Origin: Candidatus Woesearchaeota archaeon
GTDB taxonomy: Archaea; Nanobdellota; Nanobdellia; Woesearchaeales; GW2011-AR15
Direction of reading: 5' to 3'
NCBI GenBank assembly: GCA_038874655.1
Contig: JAVZBY010000002.1
Location: 74,238-138,237, forward strand
DNA: 64,000 bases
The translations under genes were made by a program, and so were the position numbers. Shown piece by piece: positions 40,340-51,013 of this stretch; the first letter of the stretch is position 1, and each line of letters opens with the position of its first letter. Under the pieces are notes generated by a model. It worked only from the letters and a program-made list of their open reading frames with translations, searched no databases and was not told the DNA's origin.

Positions 40340-41116
40340 TTAATTTATGATAAATTCTTGAGAGTTTATCATAAAAATCCAATAACCATAATTTACATAA
40401 GTGTAATTAAAATTATTTTTACTAGGTAAACTTGTATTCCAAGTATATTCTTTCCACTTTTCTAAACCCTCTGATGCATTATACATATAAACATAATCAA
40501 AATTTGGAATTAATCTTTCAAAAGTTTCATTAAAAGCTTTATTATTTAAACTAGGAAAACCAATTAAATTCCAACCAGGCACTAATCTAATTAAAGTTGG
40601 TGTAGCTAAACTTCCATTTATTTCTAGTTGTGTTTTATTTTCAACATAAAGCCAATATCCTTCTCTTCTTGAAATAAAACGCAAATCTTGAACTGTCCAA
40701 TTTGGTAAATTAGGGTTATAACTTTTCCAAGGGTCGTTTAAATCATTAGGATCATAAGCAATTAAAGTTTCAAAACTTTTATTTTCTCCAAAAAATAAAT
40801 TTAAACTCATATCATCACCCAAACAATTGAAAGAAATTAAATTCCAGCCTTTTTCTAAAGTTAAATTACAAAAATTTCCAACTTTTGTTAGAATTATTAA
40901 TCTAGTACCCAAAATTTGAAAACCTGTTATTCCTTTATACCCATAATTAAAATAAAATATAATATAACTTAAACTACCCAGCAAAAATACTAAAAAAAAG
41001 ATAAAACTAAAGAATCTTTTATTTTCTTTTAAATTTATTATATTTCTTTTTATATTTTTAAATCTATTTTCAATCAATAATTTTCTATATTTTTCTTTTA
41101 ATTTATTTTGCTTCAT
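40340..41116 (-). CDS. Membrane-anchored surface protein with two GWNL...GYW repeats
   Basis: TM, then LEKGWNLISF...EGYWLY and LVPGWNLIGFP...YGYWIF. Confidence 0.75.
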   Translation of the reverse strand: MKQNKLKEKYRKLLIENRFKNIKRNIINLKENKRFFSFIFFLVFLLGSLSYIIFYFNYGYKGITGFQILGTRLIILTKVGNFCNLTLEKGWNLISFNCLGDDMSLNLFFGENKSFETLIAYDPNDLNDPWKSYNPNLPNWTVQDLRFISRREGYWLYVENKTQLEINGSLATPTLIRLVPGWNLIGFPSLNNKAFNETFERLIPNFDYVYMYNASEGLEKWKEYTWNTSLPSKNNFNYTYVNYGYWIFMINSQEFIIN

Positions 41117-41125
41117 TTTTAATAT

Positions 41126-41389
41126 TTACTTTTTGTCAAATAATAATTTCAATTTTTTTGTTTTTTCATTCTCTTTTAACTTATAAATCTTAAATTTTGA
41201 TATATATTTAATTTCTAAAAAATCATTTTTTACTAACTTATTAATAATTCTAAATGTAGTACTCAAAGGTACTTTTGATTCAATAGAAACTTTGTTAATA
41301 TGATAAAATTCATTAGGGTTTTTTAAAAAAATATTGATTATTTTTTCTGTTTTTTTATCAATTAAACCAGATAAAAAATTCATAACCAA
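41126..41389 (-). CDS. Winged-HTH transcriptional regulator
   Basis: FYHINKVSIESKVPLSTTFRIINKLVKNDFL...KIYKL. Confidence 0.8.
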   Translation of the reverse strand: MVMNFLSGLIDKKTEKIINIFLKNPNEFYHINKVSIESKVPLSTTFRIINKLVKNDFLEIKYISKFKIYKLKENEKTKKLKLLFDKK

Positions 41390-41548
41390 ATAATTGTTTT
41401 TTTAATATATAAATATTTTCTTTTTTAAAATAAATTTTTTATTTTTAAAAAAATATTTTCATTTTTGAAAAATAATTTTTTAATAGATTAATTTTTAATC
41501 TTATTAATACTAATTCACAAAATTAGAAAAAGTTTTATTATATATTCT

Positions 41549-43381
41549 TTAAATCTCACTACCACATTTTTTGCAATGCTTTGCTCTTAATTTATTAATT
41601 TCTCCACATTTAGGACATTTCTTTTTCATTCCAAGTATCAATAGTATTAATATTATAATTATAATTAATGGGAAATAAACAATTATTTCTTTTAATAGTT
41701 CACCTGTCATAAATCCTATTCCTGTAAAGTTATAAGAAAATTCACCTTCTAAAATATTTACTAATGCCCTTTCTCTTTCTCCGTAATAAGCCCTTACATT
41801 AATAGTAGGATTATTTGCTAAATCTTGCTCACTCATCTCAACTTTTATTTCAATAAATACAGATTGCCCCTTTTTTATAAAAACAACCTTTTCACTGCCA
41901 ACAGTTATTAATTCGTCATTTACATTTAAATCAAAAATTTCTAAACTTACAAAAACATCTGTATTTCCGGTATTTTTAATCTCTATTAAAAATTTGCCAC
42001 TTCTTTTATCATACATTACTTTTCCAAATTCAATTTTACTAGAATCAGAAACTTCACTTGTTTCAACTGTAATTGTTTTTCTTAATGTGTATTCTAATGA
42101 TTTTTTTGATTCACCATAAATAGTGAAAACATCAGCAGTTATAGTTCCTTGCATTCTATCCAGAGGAGAACCGTCAGATTTTTTTGTGTAAATAATTGTT
42201 TTATATTGACCTTTATCAATAAATAATGCCTCCTCATCACCTAATATTTGAGTGTTTTCTCCATTATTACCATATTTTAATGTTATAGTTCCTTTGAAAT
42301 ATGCTGATAAATCAACTTTATTTTGATAAGTTAATTCGATTCTATTTTGTATTCTATTATAAACAATTTTAAAAATATCCAAATCTAGCATATATCTTGG
42401 CAAATAAAATCTGTCTAAATCTTCTACAGGTGAAATTGTAGAAGTTGGTTGTCTTGCTGATTGTGCAAATTTAACAAAAACACTAATGCCTAATTCTCTT
42501 CTAATAAATGTAGCACTTCCAATTAATTCATTTCCAATTAAAATTCCTATGCTGATATCACTTTTTTTTATATAATCTTTAACTTGGTCAGGCACATTAC
42601 CTCTTCCAATAAAAACAACTGGCTCTACACCAGACATAATCTCTTGTTCTATAAACTCACCATTAGTTAAAATTGCTTGTTTTTTAGGTTCACCAAATAA
42701 TTTTTTATGTACTTCTTGATATTTATCAACTATTTTTTGATTATTCAGAAATCTGTCTTGCTCATTTATAATTTCTGGTTTAAACTCATTTAGCTTTTCT
42801 TTAACTTCTCTATCAACTTGTCCATAAATTATCAATGAATTTACTGTTCTTGATTTTAAAAAATCATAAACACTATTAATATTTCTTTTGTTTGCAAACA
42901 AAACATAAGATTTTGTTAAAGCTGCATATGGAGCTACAGAAATTGCATTATATCCATAAGAATCATCTACAACAATATAATCAATAACATTGTTAGGCAA
43001 TCTTCTTCCTAACTCTAAATTAACATTATTTAATTTTAATTCTTCGACATAATTAAATCCCTTTGATTCTAAAACTGGTTTATAACCCACTACAAAAGGT
43101 TTTTGATTTGAACTAACTATTACGATATTATTATTTTTATTTAATTGGTTTATTAATAGTGTTGAATGTCTTGTAGATACTAAAAAAAAGGAATTTCCTC
43201 CATTTAAATTTGCGAACTGCATTGTTGAATATACATCTTGCCAATTAGCAGAATTACTAACAAAAGTTGTGGCTCTTTGTGAATAAACATCTGGCATTAT
43301 GAAACCTAAAATAAATAAAAACAATATTAAAAAAAATTTTTTTTTCATAAAGCCACCTTTTTTCATAAATACTAAAAACAC
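41549..43381 (-). CDS. Single-pass surface protein (cell-wall-binding-2-like alpha/beta repeats, Ig-like domains, cytoplasmic zinc ribbon)
   Basis: Signal peptide, NWQDVYS, YNAISVAPYA, LIIYG, DRFLNN; TM then CPKC...CKKC. The start is probably the second or third Met. Confidence 0.65.
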   Translation of the reverse strand: MFLVFMKKGGFMKKKFFLILFLFILGFIMPDVYSQRATTFVSNSANWQDVYSTMQFANLNGGNSFFLVSTRHSTLLINQLNKNNNIVIVSSNQKPFVVGYKPVLESKGFNYVEELKLNNVNLELGRRLPNNVIDYIVVDDSYGYNAISVAPYAALTKSYVLFANKRNINSVYDFLKSRTVNSLIIYGQVDREVKEKLNEFKPEIINEQDRFLNNQKIVDKYQEVHKKLFGEPKKQAILTNGEFIEQEIMSGVEPVVFIGRGNVPDQVKDYIKKSDISIGILIGNELIGSATFIRRELGISVFVKFAQSARQPTSTISPVEDLDRFYLPRYMLDLDIFKIVYNRIQNRIELTYQNKVDLSAYFKGTITLKYGNNGENTQILGDEEALFIDKGQYKTIIYTKKSDGSPLDRMQGTITADVFTIYGESKKSLEYTLRKTITVETSEVSDSSKIEFGKVMYDKRSGKFLIEIKNTGNTDVFVSLEIFDLNVNDELITVGSEKVVFIKKGQSVFIEIKVEMSEQDLANNPTINVRAYYGERERALVNILEGEFSYNFTGIGFMTGELLKEIIVYFPLIIIIILILLILGMKKKCPKCGEINKLRAKHCKKCGSEI

Positions 43382-43434
43382 GAACCAATTTTAAATTTTT
43401 CTATGCACATTGACTATCTAAAATTATTTTTTAT

Positions 43435-43836
43435 TTAATAACACTTGCATCTGCATGAATTACACTTATTAAGCTCTTCTTTAAATTCGTAGTTTAAAAG
43501 ATTTTTTTCTTTAGACTGACAATAACTATAACATGCATTATTACACATATCTTCAGACGCTATTGTGTGTGTTAATCCATTTCCACCTGGCATTATTCCA
43601 CATTCATCTATATAATCAAAGCTAATAATTCTAGGTTTTAAAAAAACAAAAAACACATATGTAATAAAAATCAATACACAAAGTATAATTAAAGCAATTT
43701 GAATTCTCTTTTTATTTTTTATACTATTTTCATAATCCCCACTTATTTTTGAAAAACTTTCATGATTTTTATATATTTTTTTCTCCTTTAGCATATGATC
43801 TTTTAGTAAATTATTTTCTTTATTTTTTTTTGCCAT
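43435..43836 (-). CDS. Small membrane protein with Cys-rich extracellular domain
   Basis: One TM, then CG...CNNACYSYC...CNSCRCKC. Confidence 0.7.
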   Translation of the reverse strand: MAKKNKENNLLKDHMLKEKKIYKNHESFSKISGDYENSIKNKKRIQIALIILCVLIFITYVFFVFLKPRIISFDYIDECGIMPGGNGLTHTIASEDMCNNACYSYCQSKEKNLLNYEFKEELNKCNSCRCKCY

Positions 43837-43871
43837 TTTTTGTACTTAATAAATTATTTTTTATTAATTTA

Positions 43872-44165
43872 TTATTTTTTATCCTTTTTTAAACTTTCTA
43901 TTATATTATTTATTATATTACTAAAAGGATTAAAAATTTTATTTTTAATTTTAGATAAGTTATAATTAAAAAAGAACCATTTTAAATTTTTTTTTATGTT
44001 TTTATTCATAATATATTCATATTTTTTATGTAATTCATCTAATTCTTTTTTAAATTCTTTTTCTGTTTTTTCTTTGTTTTTTGATTTTTCAATTAAAATT
44101 TTATATTTTTCAGTTAATTTTTCTTTTTCTTCATCATACCAATTTTCTATTTCATCATCTTCCAT
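43872..44165 (-). CDS. Charged helical hypothetical protein
   Basis: 97-aa ORF co-oriented and tightly packed in the operon. Confidence 0.6.
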   Translation of the reverse strand: MEDDEIENWYDEEKEKLTEKYKILIEKSKNKEKTEKEFKKELDELHKKYEYIMNKNIKKNLKWFFFNYNLSKIKNKIFNPFSNIINNIIESLKKDKK

Positions 44166-44210
44166 TTTATCTAAAATTTTTGATTAAGTTTTCAAAATTT
44201 TTCTATATCT

Positions 44211-45059
44211 TTACATTGGGTCAATATGAATAAAAGCTCTATCTACATAAGGTAATCTTTCTAATTTATATTGAACTTCTTTTCCAATTCTATGAGATTC
44301 TCTTGTAGAAAGATTCTCATTAACAACAATATGTATTTCTAAATGTAAAAAATTTCCAACATAATGAGCTCTTAAATCATGTATACTAATAACACCTTTT
44401 ACTTTTTTTGCAATTCTTTCTATTTCTTTTATATTTTCAATGGGAGCACTTTTCCCCATTAAATAGTCAATATTCTCTTTTGCGATTTTATATCCAGAAT
44501 AAAAGATATATAAACTTATTATTAAAGCAGAAATACTATCTAAAACATTTATTTTTATTATAGTTCCCAATACACCGATTAATGCAATAAAGCTAACTAA
44601 AACATCATTTCTAGAATCTACTGAACCAGCTCTCAATGCAGGGCTATTTTCTTTTTCACCAACTTTTTTATAATAATATGACATAAAACCTTTAACTATT
44701 ATAGTAAAAACCAAAACTAGAATAGCATAAATCTCATAGGAATAAGTTTTTTTAATAAAAAATGAAATTATTGCATTTCTAAAAATTTCAAAGGCTAATA
44801 AGAATGTAAATATAGATACAACAAAACCTGCAATTGGCTCTGCTCTTGAATGTCCAAAAGGATGATCTTCATCAGCTTTTTTATGCCCTATTTTAACAGC
44901 AATAAAGATCCCTGTATAAGATATAATATCTCCTAATGAATTAAAAGCATCAGAAAGAACTGCTAGGCTATTAGACAATAAACCAACAATTATTTTAGCT
45001 ATAAATAAGATTATATTTAAAAATACACCAATGATTGTTGTTTTTTCAGATGTTTTCAC
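44211..45059 (-). CDS. fieF: Cation diffusion facilitator (CDF) family transporter
   Basis: SLAVLSDAFNSLGD, ADEDHPFGHSRAE, DSRND, C-terminal HDLRAH...LEIHI...FIHIDP. Confidence 0.93.
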   Translation of the reverse strand: MKTSEKTTIIGVFLNIILFIAKIIVGLLSNSLAVLSDAFNSLGDIISYTGIFIAVKIGHKKADEDHPFGHSRAEPIAGFVVSIFTFLLAFEIFRNAIISFFIKKTYSYEIYAILVLVFTIIVKGFMSYYYKKVGEKENSPALRAGSVDSRNDVLVSFIALIGVLGTIIKINVLDSISALIISLYIFYSGYKIAKENIDYLMGKSAPIENIKEIERIAKKVKGVISIHDLRAHYVGNFLHLEIHIVVNENLSTRESHRIGKEVQYKLERLPYVDRAFIHIDPM

Positions 45060-45107
45060 AATTATTTGGAAAATTAATAACTATATATTATTTTTGCATA
45101 CTCAAAA

Positions 45108-45608
45108 TTAAGTATACAAAACCCCAACAACAAAATGGGTTATTTTACTCTTTTCAATAATTTCTCCTTCTTTTAATGAATCTCCTTGGACATAAACTTT
45201 ATCACCATAATCAGCTCTAACTCTATGGATTACTGCTTGTCCATTATCTCTCACAAATCTTACGATTTGTCCTGGTTTTATTTTTTCACCATTATATTTT
45301 TTTTCAATTAGAGTATTTCCGTCAAAAATAGTTGGTTGCATACTTGGGCCATTAAAAATGCCATAATCATTAGCTAAAACATAAAACCCTTGTGGATTCA
45401 AATAATACTCCAAATCATAATGACTTCCTTCGATAAAATTAAAATTTTGATTATCTTCAATTTTTTTTAATGTCTCATTAATATATCTAAATTTTTCTTT
45501 CATTTCATTAAAATTTTTTGCATAATTTATATTCAAAAATATTAAAGAGAGTAATATTAATAAAAATAAAACATTAAAAGTAAATTGATTTTTATCATAT
45601 ATTACCAT
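45108..45608 (-). CDS. S26/S24-family serine peptidase, SipW/ER-type signal peptidase I-like
   Basis: N-terminal TM, GPSMQPT (catalytic Ser), VIHRV (His base), VQGD box. Confidence 0.8.
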   Translation of the reverse strand: MVIYDKNQFTFNVLFLLILLSLIFLNINYAKNFNEMKEKFRYINETLKKIEDNQNFNFIEGSHYDLEYYLNPQGFYVLANDYGIFNGPSMQPTIFDGNTLIEKKYNGEKIKPGQIVRFVRDNGQAVIHRVRADYGDKVYVQGDSLKEGEIIEKSKITHFVVGVLYT

Positions 45609-45633
45609 TTTGTTTCACTCTTTTAACTTATCT

Positions 45634-48123
45634 TTATTTTTTATTTTTTTCTTTACTAACTTTTTCTTTTATTGCATCATTGTATTCTTTTAGTATTTTA
45701 TCATTTCTAAGCATAAATATTAAAACTATAATTAAAATAAAAATAACTATAATAGTGATTAATATACCTTTTTTATTTGCATTTATGTTTATCCCATTTG
45801 AATTTATATCTTCTTTTATAACATCTTTATCATTACTTAAGTTATTTTTTAAACTAGAATTGCTTAATGTAATATTATTTTCAATAACACCAATATTAAT
45901 GTTGTTTTCATTAAAAATAGTATCATTAATTTCTGCAATTACAAAATAACTAAATCCAGCTGTTTCTGATTCATAGTAAGTGTAATTATTATCTTTATTA
46001 ATTAAGGATGTTTTTAATTTCTCCCATTCATTATTTTTATATCTCATTAAATAAATATTTTTTTCATTTATCTTATTATCAATTAACCATTTTTTTTCTA
46101 TCTTAAATTTAAGATTAACTTTTTCAATTTTCTCATCAGCTAAATTTTCTTTTTCTATTTTAATATATTTGTAAATTTTACCCTTGATTTCTTTAAATTC
46201 TTTTGTTTGATTATCAACTTTCTCAACTATTATTCTTACATTATTAGCAGGATTCTTTACATTTATAGAAATTTCTGTTAAAGCAATTTCATTACTATTT
46301 AATTTCATTATTGAAGGTTTTAATGGCATCATGACTTGCCATGTTTGAGATATCTTTGATTTTTCTTCATTTGAAATAAAATTTCCAGGGCTTCCAGAGC
46401 TTCCTCCGCTTGAATGAGAACCACCAGAGCTTCCAGAACTTGAGCTACAGCTTAATGTCTCTTCTAATAAAATCCCATAACAATATTTTTTTCTTACTTT
46501 TTGATTATTAATACATTCACTATACTCAGACCAATCACTAAAACAATTTTCTAATTTTTCACTTAATCCATTAGTTCCACCATAATCATAAACAGATAGA
46601 TTATAACTATCAATAACTAAATCATTTATTAATGTTGCATTACAAATTAAAGTTTGTTTATTATCTAGTCCATAAACACAAGTTAAATTATCAAAATTAT
46701 AATCAAAATAACTAGAATTTGAATATAACCTTAAATTGATTCTGTTTAAATCTATCTCAGTTCCAGTTCCATTAAATGAAACATTCATTTCAAAAATATT
46801 GCTTTTTTGGTTATTTATGCTATAAGAAATAATCTTCGGTTTTTCATTATCTACAATATTATATCCAGAAAAACCACTAACTATAAAAGTTAGATTTCCT
46901 GTTCCATCTTCATTTGAATTAAACTTTGCATATAAAACACTATCTTCTTCATCATCAGGGAAAATATCATTAACCTCTATAAAAGAAAATGGAAGATTAT
47001 ATAATGTAATTTCTGTTTGTGTATTAAACGCAGAAAATATATTTGTATTAATAAAAATTCTAGAACCCCCATAATAGCCTTGTTTTGCATTTTTTATTAT
47101 GATATTTATTGCATAAGGTAAATTTGCAAAATTATTATAAGTATTAGGATTTGTAAAATCAATGCTACTAAAATTTAATTTTGCAGCTAATTTTATATCC
47201 TCATAAGGTTTTCCTGGCATTTGACTTCCATTTAATAGAATTCCTAAAACATAGTTAGTGTTTGCTAAATTATCAACATTAGCTAAATTAGTTGTAATTC
47301 CCATATCAAATCCTAAATAATTATTTTCCTCATTTATTTCACTAGGATAGGTAAAGTTATAAATCATTAAACTATAATTGAATATATTACCACAATTACC
47401 TAATTCATCACAAGCAAAAATTTTTATTTCTTTTAAAGATAGATATTCATTAATATCAACAATACAATCTGCCCAATATAAATCATCTGTTTCCTTATTT
47501 GTTTTTGTTATAGTTAAATCTGTACAAACATTACTCAAATCAAAACTCACATTATAAACATTGCTTAAAGAATCTCTAACATCTGCGCTTATATTTAATA
47601 AACTATTATATGGCAAAAAATTATCAATATCTTTTAAACTAATGCCATACAAATTGTTATTTACATATGGTGGCATTCTATCTATGATTAAATTAAAAAC
47701 ATCACTTTGTAAATTGCCTTCATCATCCATACAGTTAATAAACCAAGAGTTTATACCTTCATTTAAAGAATTACTATTAACTTCTATATATGTTGGAAAA
47801 TTATTCAATGTTTCATTAACAGAATATTGATTATTATTAACAAAAAACTCACAATTAATGTTTTCAGAAACATTACTACTTACAACATAACTAAATAAAA
47901 CACTTTGATTGTTTGTTTTTGTATTATTTAATGGATAAAAATTAGCATATGAAAACTCAATGTATCCATAAGATTTTATTAAAAGCATAAAAACTAGAAT
48001 AATATAACTCAATAAAGCAAATATGTTTTTTCTTTTCATCCAACACCCCCAATTTATTAATAATAAAACTCCTTTATATTCTTTTTTATTTTTACAGGAT
48101 TTCATTTTTGATTTTAAAACCAC
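45634..48123 (-). CDS. PGF-pre-PGF domain surface glycoprotein
   Basis: IYKYIKIE...LKFKIEKKWL...LMRY...WEKLKT...YESETAGFSYFVI, Ser/Gly linker, C-terminal TM. The true start is probably MKRKNIF at about 48039. Confidence 0.85.
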   Translation of the reverse strand: MVLKSKMKSCKNKKEYKGVLLLINWGCWMKRKNIFALLSYIILVFMLLIKSYGYIEFSYANFYPLNNTKTNNQSVLFSYVVSSNVSENINCEFFVNNNQYSVNETLNNFPTYIEVNSNSLNEGINSWFINCMDDEGNLQSDVFNLIIDRMPPYVNNNLYGISLKDIDNFLPYNSLLNISADVRDSLSNVYNVSFDLSNVCTDLTITKTNKETDDLYWADCIVDINEYLSLKEIKIFACDELGNCGNIFNYSLMIYNFTYPSEINEENNYLGFDMGITTNLANVDNLANTNYVLGILLNGSQMPGKPYEDIKLAAKLNFSSIDFTNPNTYNNFANLPYAINIIIKNAKQGYYGGSRIFINTNIFSAFNTQTEITLYNLPFSFIEVNDIFPDDEEDSVLYAKFNSNEDGTGNLTFIVSGFSGYNIVDNEKPKIISYSINNQKSNIFEMNVSFNGTGTEIDLNRINLRLYSNSSYFDYNFDNLTCVYGLDNKQTLICNATLINDLVIDSYNLSVYDYGGTNGLSEKLENCFSDWSEYSECINNQKVRKKYCYGILLEETLSCSSSSGSSGGSHSSGGSSGSPGNFISNEEKSKISQTWQVMMPLKPSIMKLNSNEIALTEISINVKNPANNVRIIVEKVDNQTKEFKEIKGKIYKYIKIEKENLADEKIEKVNLKFKIEKKWLIDNKINEKNIYLMRYKNNEWEKLKTSLINKDNNYTYYESETAGFSYFVIAEINDTIFNENNINIGVIENNITLSNSSLKNNLSNDKDVIKEDINSNGININANKKGILITIIVIFILIIVLIFMLRNDKILKEYNDAIKEKVSKEKNKK

Positions 48124-48137
48124 AATCAGTTTTCTAC

Positions 48138-48899
48138 TTATTGCAATTCCATATAGAAATAATATCTAGTGTTTTCATAACCTCCAACACCTCTTTCAGG
48201 AACAATCATTTGGAAATCATATCTTTGAAAATTATAACCTATTGTGTTATCATTGATAAATGTAGTGTATATTAAAACTTGGTTGTCAGTTAATAAAACC
48301 TCTTGGAAAGGAGCATTTATACTTGGAGTTTGTGCAGTATTATTAATCCATGTAAAAGTAGATTTACATGAATTTTGATTTATTTTAATATTACCAACAT
48401 AAAACTCTTTATGTATATTGTATGAAAAAGTATTATTTATACTATCCACATTTGAAGTTGTATGATTTAATGCATTTTCCTCTTTTTGTATATCTGTTAA
48501 ATTAGCACATCTTACACTACTCCAAGAAATATTATTAAATCTAGTTGCATAAACCTTTCCTGTAATTTCAGTTAGTTGCCATTGATAAATACTATAATCC
48601 CCAGAATCATCTAAAGTTAAAACACCAGTAACATTTCCAACATATGCTTTCCATTTCAGGTTTTGTGTTTCAGCACTTAAAATAACAGTTGTAAAACTAC
48701 CTCCACTAGTATTTAAAAATTGAGCTGCACTAGGTTGTTTAGTTTCACTAGAATTAAATAAAATTTGAGCACCACTCATATTATAATTTTGTGATTTTAC
48801 ATTTGCTAAAATAATTAAATTAATTAATATACTTATGAATATTAAAAACAGGATCTTTTTTTCTTTTTTTAGTTTAGCATTTATTTTATAGTGAATCAT
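48138..48899 (-). CDS. Secreted putative filament/lattice subunit, paralogue C
   Basis: WKAYVGNVTG..LDD...YQW...NNTAQTPS.NA.FQEVLL...YDFQMIVP...YYFYMEL; most similar to 36653..37426. Confidence 0.8.
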   Translation of the reverse strand: MIHYKINAKLKKEKKILFLIFISILINLIILANVKSQNYNMSGAQILFNSSETKQPSAAQFLNTSGGSFTTVILSAETQNLKWKAYVGNVTGVLTLDDSGDYSIYQWQLTEITGKVYATRFNNISWSSVRCANLTDIQKEENALNHTTSNVDSINNTFSYNIHKEFYVGNIKINQNSCKSTFTWINNTAQTPSINAPFQEVLLTDNQVLIYTTFINDNTIGYNFQRYDFQMIVPERGVGGYENTRYYFYMELQ

Positions 48900-49450
48900 T
48901 TTCTATGAATTCCTTTTTTATAGGTTGTATAGATTGTTTGGTAATCCTTTAATAATAATTCAGAAATTTCTTTAAATGAAAATCTAAGATTATCTTTGAG
49001 GTATATAACAAGATTTTCTAAAACACTTTTTTTTCTGTTTGAAAAGATTGACAAGGGGATATTTATATTATTAAATTGCATATTTTGAGAACCTAAATTA
49101 AAACTAGACTTTTGTTTTTTCAAACTTTTATTATATGTAGTCCAAACAGTTCTATCATCCCTATTAAGCAAAACAGCAATTTGATGATAGCTCATATTTA
49201 AATTTTCTTTTAGATATTTTACAATAATCTCTAATGCACTTAATTTTTTATTATAGAATACTTTTAAAGGAATTTCTTCATCTTTTTCTTTAAAGAAATC
49301 GTTATCTTTTATAGAAACAATATTTAATATTTCTTTAGTACTCAAATTATATTTCTCTTTAAAATACTCTATCAATAATTTTAATGCTTCTATACTCTTG
49401 TCTTTCTCTAGTTCTTCCTCTAACTTTTTTAAATCAGAAAAAATGGCCAT
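48896..49450 (-). CDS. Tandem HTH (sigma70-region-4-like) DNA-binding protein
   Basis: Two repeats of IPL..F.N.K.S.LE..V.YLK....SxxxI..LL..D..T..TTY. Confidence 0.75.
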   Translation of the reverse strand: MAIFSDLKKLEEELEKDKSIEALKLLIEYFKEKYNLSTKEILNIVSIKDNDFFKEKDEEIPLKVFYNKKLSALEIIVKYLKENLNMSYHQIAVLLNRDDRTVWTTYNKSLKKQKSSFNLGSQNMQFNNINIPLSIFSNRKKSVLENLVIYLKDNLRFSFKEISELLLKDYQTIYTTYKKGIHRK

Positions 49451-49505
49451 CTAATACTTATTAAATAAAAACTTATTTATATATTTTATTATTTTTTTAT
49501 TATTT

Positions 49506-49525
49506 AATAAGTTTTTTTACTTATT
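49506..49525. promoter_or_regulatory. Perfect palindromic operator AATAAGT-N6-ACTTATT
   Basis: Palindrome upstream of the tandem-HTH gene; extra half-sites at 49456, 49471 and 49548. Confidence 0.55.
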
Positions 49526-49647
49526 TTATAAAAATATTTTATTATATAATAAGTATTAAAAATATATAATGTATAAATTTATTTAAAAAATTGTTAGATT
49601 ACTATTAATAGAACTAAACTTTTCTTAACTTCTAGAACAGATTACTT

Positions 49648-49947
49648 TCAAATACATATAATACATCCACTAATTCCACAATAAAAGAAAACACCTTTTA
49701 TTGATAAATCTTTTAGATGTTTTTTTATTTGCTTAGCTTGTTTTTTTGCTTTTGTTATTCTATAAGAGCATTTAACTTCATAAATATAATACTCGTTTCC
49801 TTTTCTTGCTAAAATATCAACTTCTCCAATTAATCTTTTCTTTTTTATAATCTTAACATTTGTAGAAAGAGAATCATAATCATCTTTTATTTTATCATAT
49901 AATTCTAATAAATATTTATCGTGTTTATTCAGATTTTTTATCTTCAA
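49648..49947 (-). CDS. Small PD-(D/E)XK nuclease-fold protein (YraN/Hjc-like)
   Basis: GEVDILARKGNEYYIYEVK motif. Confidence 0.75.
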   Translation of the reverse strand: MKIKNLNKHDKYLLELYDKIKDDYDSLSTNVKIIKKKRLIGEVDILARKGNEYYIYEVKCSYRITKAKKQAKQIKKHLKDLSIKGVFFYCGISGCIICI

Positions 49948-50026
49948 ACACCTACTAAATACCTATAATAAAAAAAAACTTTTTTCTTTATAATTTTTTC
50001 TAAATTATTAATTTTTTAGAATTTTT

Positions 50027-50281
50027 TTAATATTTTTTTCTTTTTTCTAGAACTTCTCTTCCTTTTTCAGTTATAGAAACTAAGTAAGATGGTTTTCCAT
50101 TAGCTTGATGTTTTTCAACTTTTTTGATATTAACCAAACCAAATTCTTCTAATTCTTTGCATGAATTTTTTATAGTTGAAAAACAAGTATTAACTTTTCT
50201 TTCCAGTTCTGTGTAAGTTAATGAACTATCTTTAATATAATTTAAAATTGATTTTTTGATATCATAAGATTTTCTTTTCAC
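50027..50281 (-). CDS. Winged-HTH (ArsR-like) regulator
   Basis: LTYTELERKVNTCFSTIKNSCKELEEFGLV...NGKPSYLVSITEKG; paralogue of 50585..50848. Confidence 0.8.
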   Translation of the reverse strand: MKRKSYDIKKSILNYIKDSSLTYTELERKVNTCFSTIKNSCKELEEFGLVNIKKVEKHQANGKPSYLVSITEKGREVLEKRKKY

Positions 50282-50366
50282 AAAACTTTTTTTTTAAAAA
50301 TAATTTTTAGAACTAACTCATAATATTATAGTAAGTTTTATAAATCAGTTTAATAAACAATAACAC

Positions 50367-50525
50367 ATGGCAAGAAAAAAAACTGGCAATGTTTACATTA
50401 CAATAAAACTTCCTGAAGGAACTGTAAAAAAAATCGATGAAATAATCCAGAAAAGTAATGGAGATTTTACATCAAGAACAGATGTGATAAAAACAGCAAT
50501 AAGAGATATGTATTATAGAAATTAA
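50367..50525 (+). CDS. Ribbon-helix-helix (CopG-like) protein, not in ORF track
   Basis: Manual translation: MARKKTGNVYITIKLPEGTVKKIDEIIQKSNGDFTSRTDVIKTAIRDMYYRN* (52 aa). Confidence 0.85.
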   Translation: MARKKTGNVYITIKLPEGTVKKIDEIIQKSNGDFTSRTDVIKTAIRDMYYRN

Positions 50526-50584
50526 TTTTTTAAATTTATCAATGTCTATTTTTAAATATTTTTCTTAGTTAATTATTCATTTTG

Positions 50585-50848
50585 TTAATTTTTTATATGT
50601 TTGTTAGTATCTACAGTTTTATACCCTTTTTCGGTCAATTTAACAATGTAATAGGGTTTTCCATTTTTTTTATGTTTTTTTTCTTTCTTTATTTCAACTT
50701 GTTCATATTCTTGCAATTCAAAACAATTTTTTTTAATAGAATCATAATTTGTGCTTAATTTTGTTTGCAATTCTGTGAAAGTCATTTCTTTTTCTTTTAA
50801 ACACATTAAAATTTCTTTTCTTAGTTCATAAGGTGTTCTTTTTTGCAT
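50585..50848 (-). CDS. Winged-HTH (ArsR-like) regulator
   Basis: MTFTELQTKLSTNYDSIKKNCFELQEY...NGKPYYIVKLTEKG. Confidence 0.8.
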   Translation of the reverse strand: MQKRTPYELRKEILMCLKEKEMTFTELQTKLSTNYDSIKKNCFELQEYEQVEIKKEKKHKKNGKPYYIVKLTEKGYKTVDTNKHIKN

Positions 50849-50904
50849 CCTACATCTTTAAGAGGATGCTTTTTTTTAAGGATACTTCACAATATTGTAG
50901 GATG
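50845..50904. promoter_or_regulatory. Operator-like array GCATCCT-N11-AGGATGC plus further AGGAT half-sites
   Basis: The palindrome at 50845-50869 overlaps the wHTH start codon; AGGAT recurs at 50879 and 50899; CATCCTACA/TGTAGGATG form a 9-bp inverted pair. Confidence 0.55.
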
Positions 50905-51013
50905 TCTTTTATTGTTTTATTAAGATTTTCATTTTTAAATATTATTATAAAATATAGACAAATATTATAAATATAATTTTTATTATATATTTAATAAATA
51001 TTAATAAAATATA

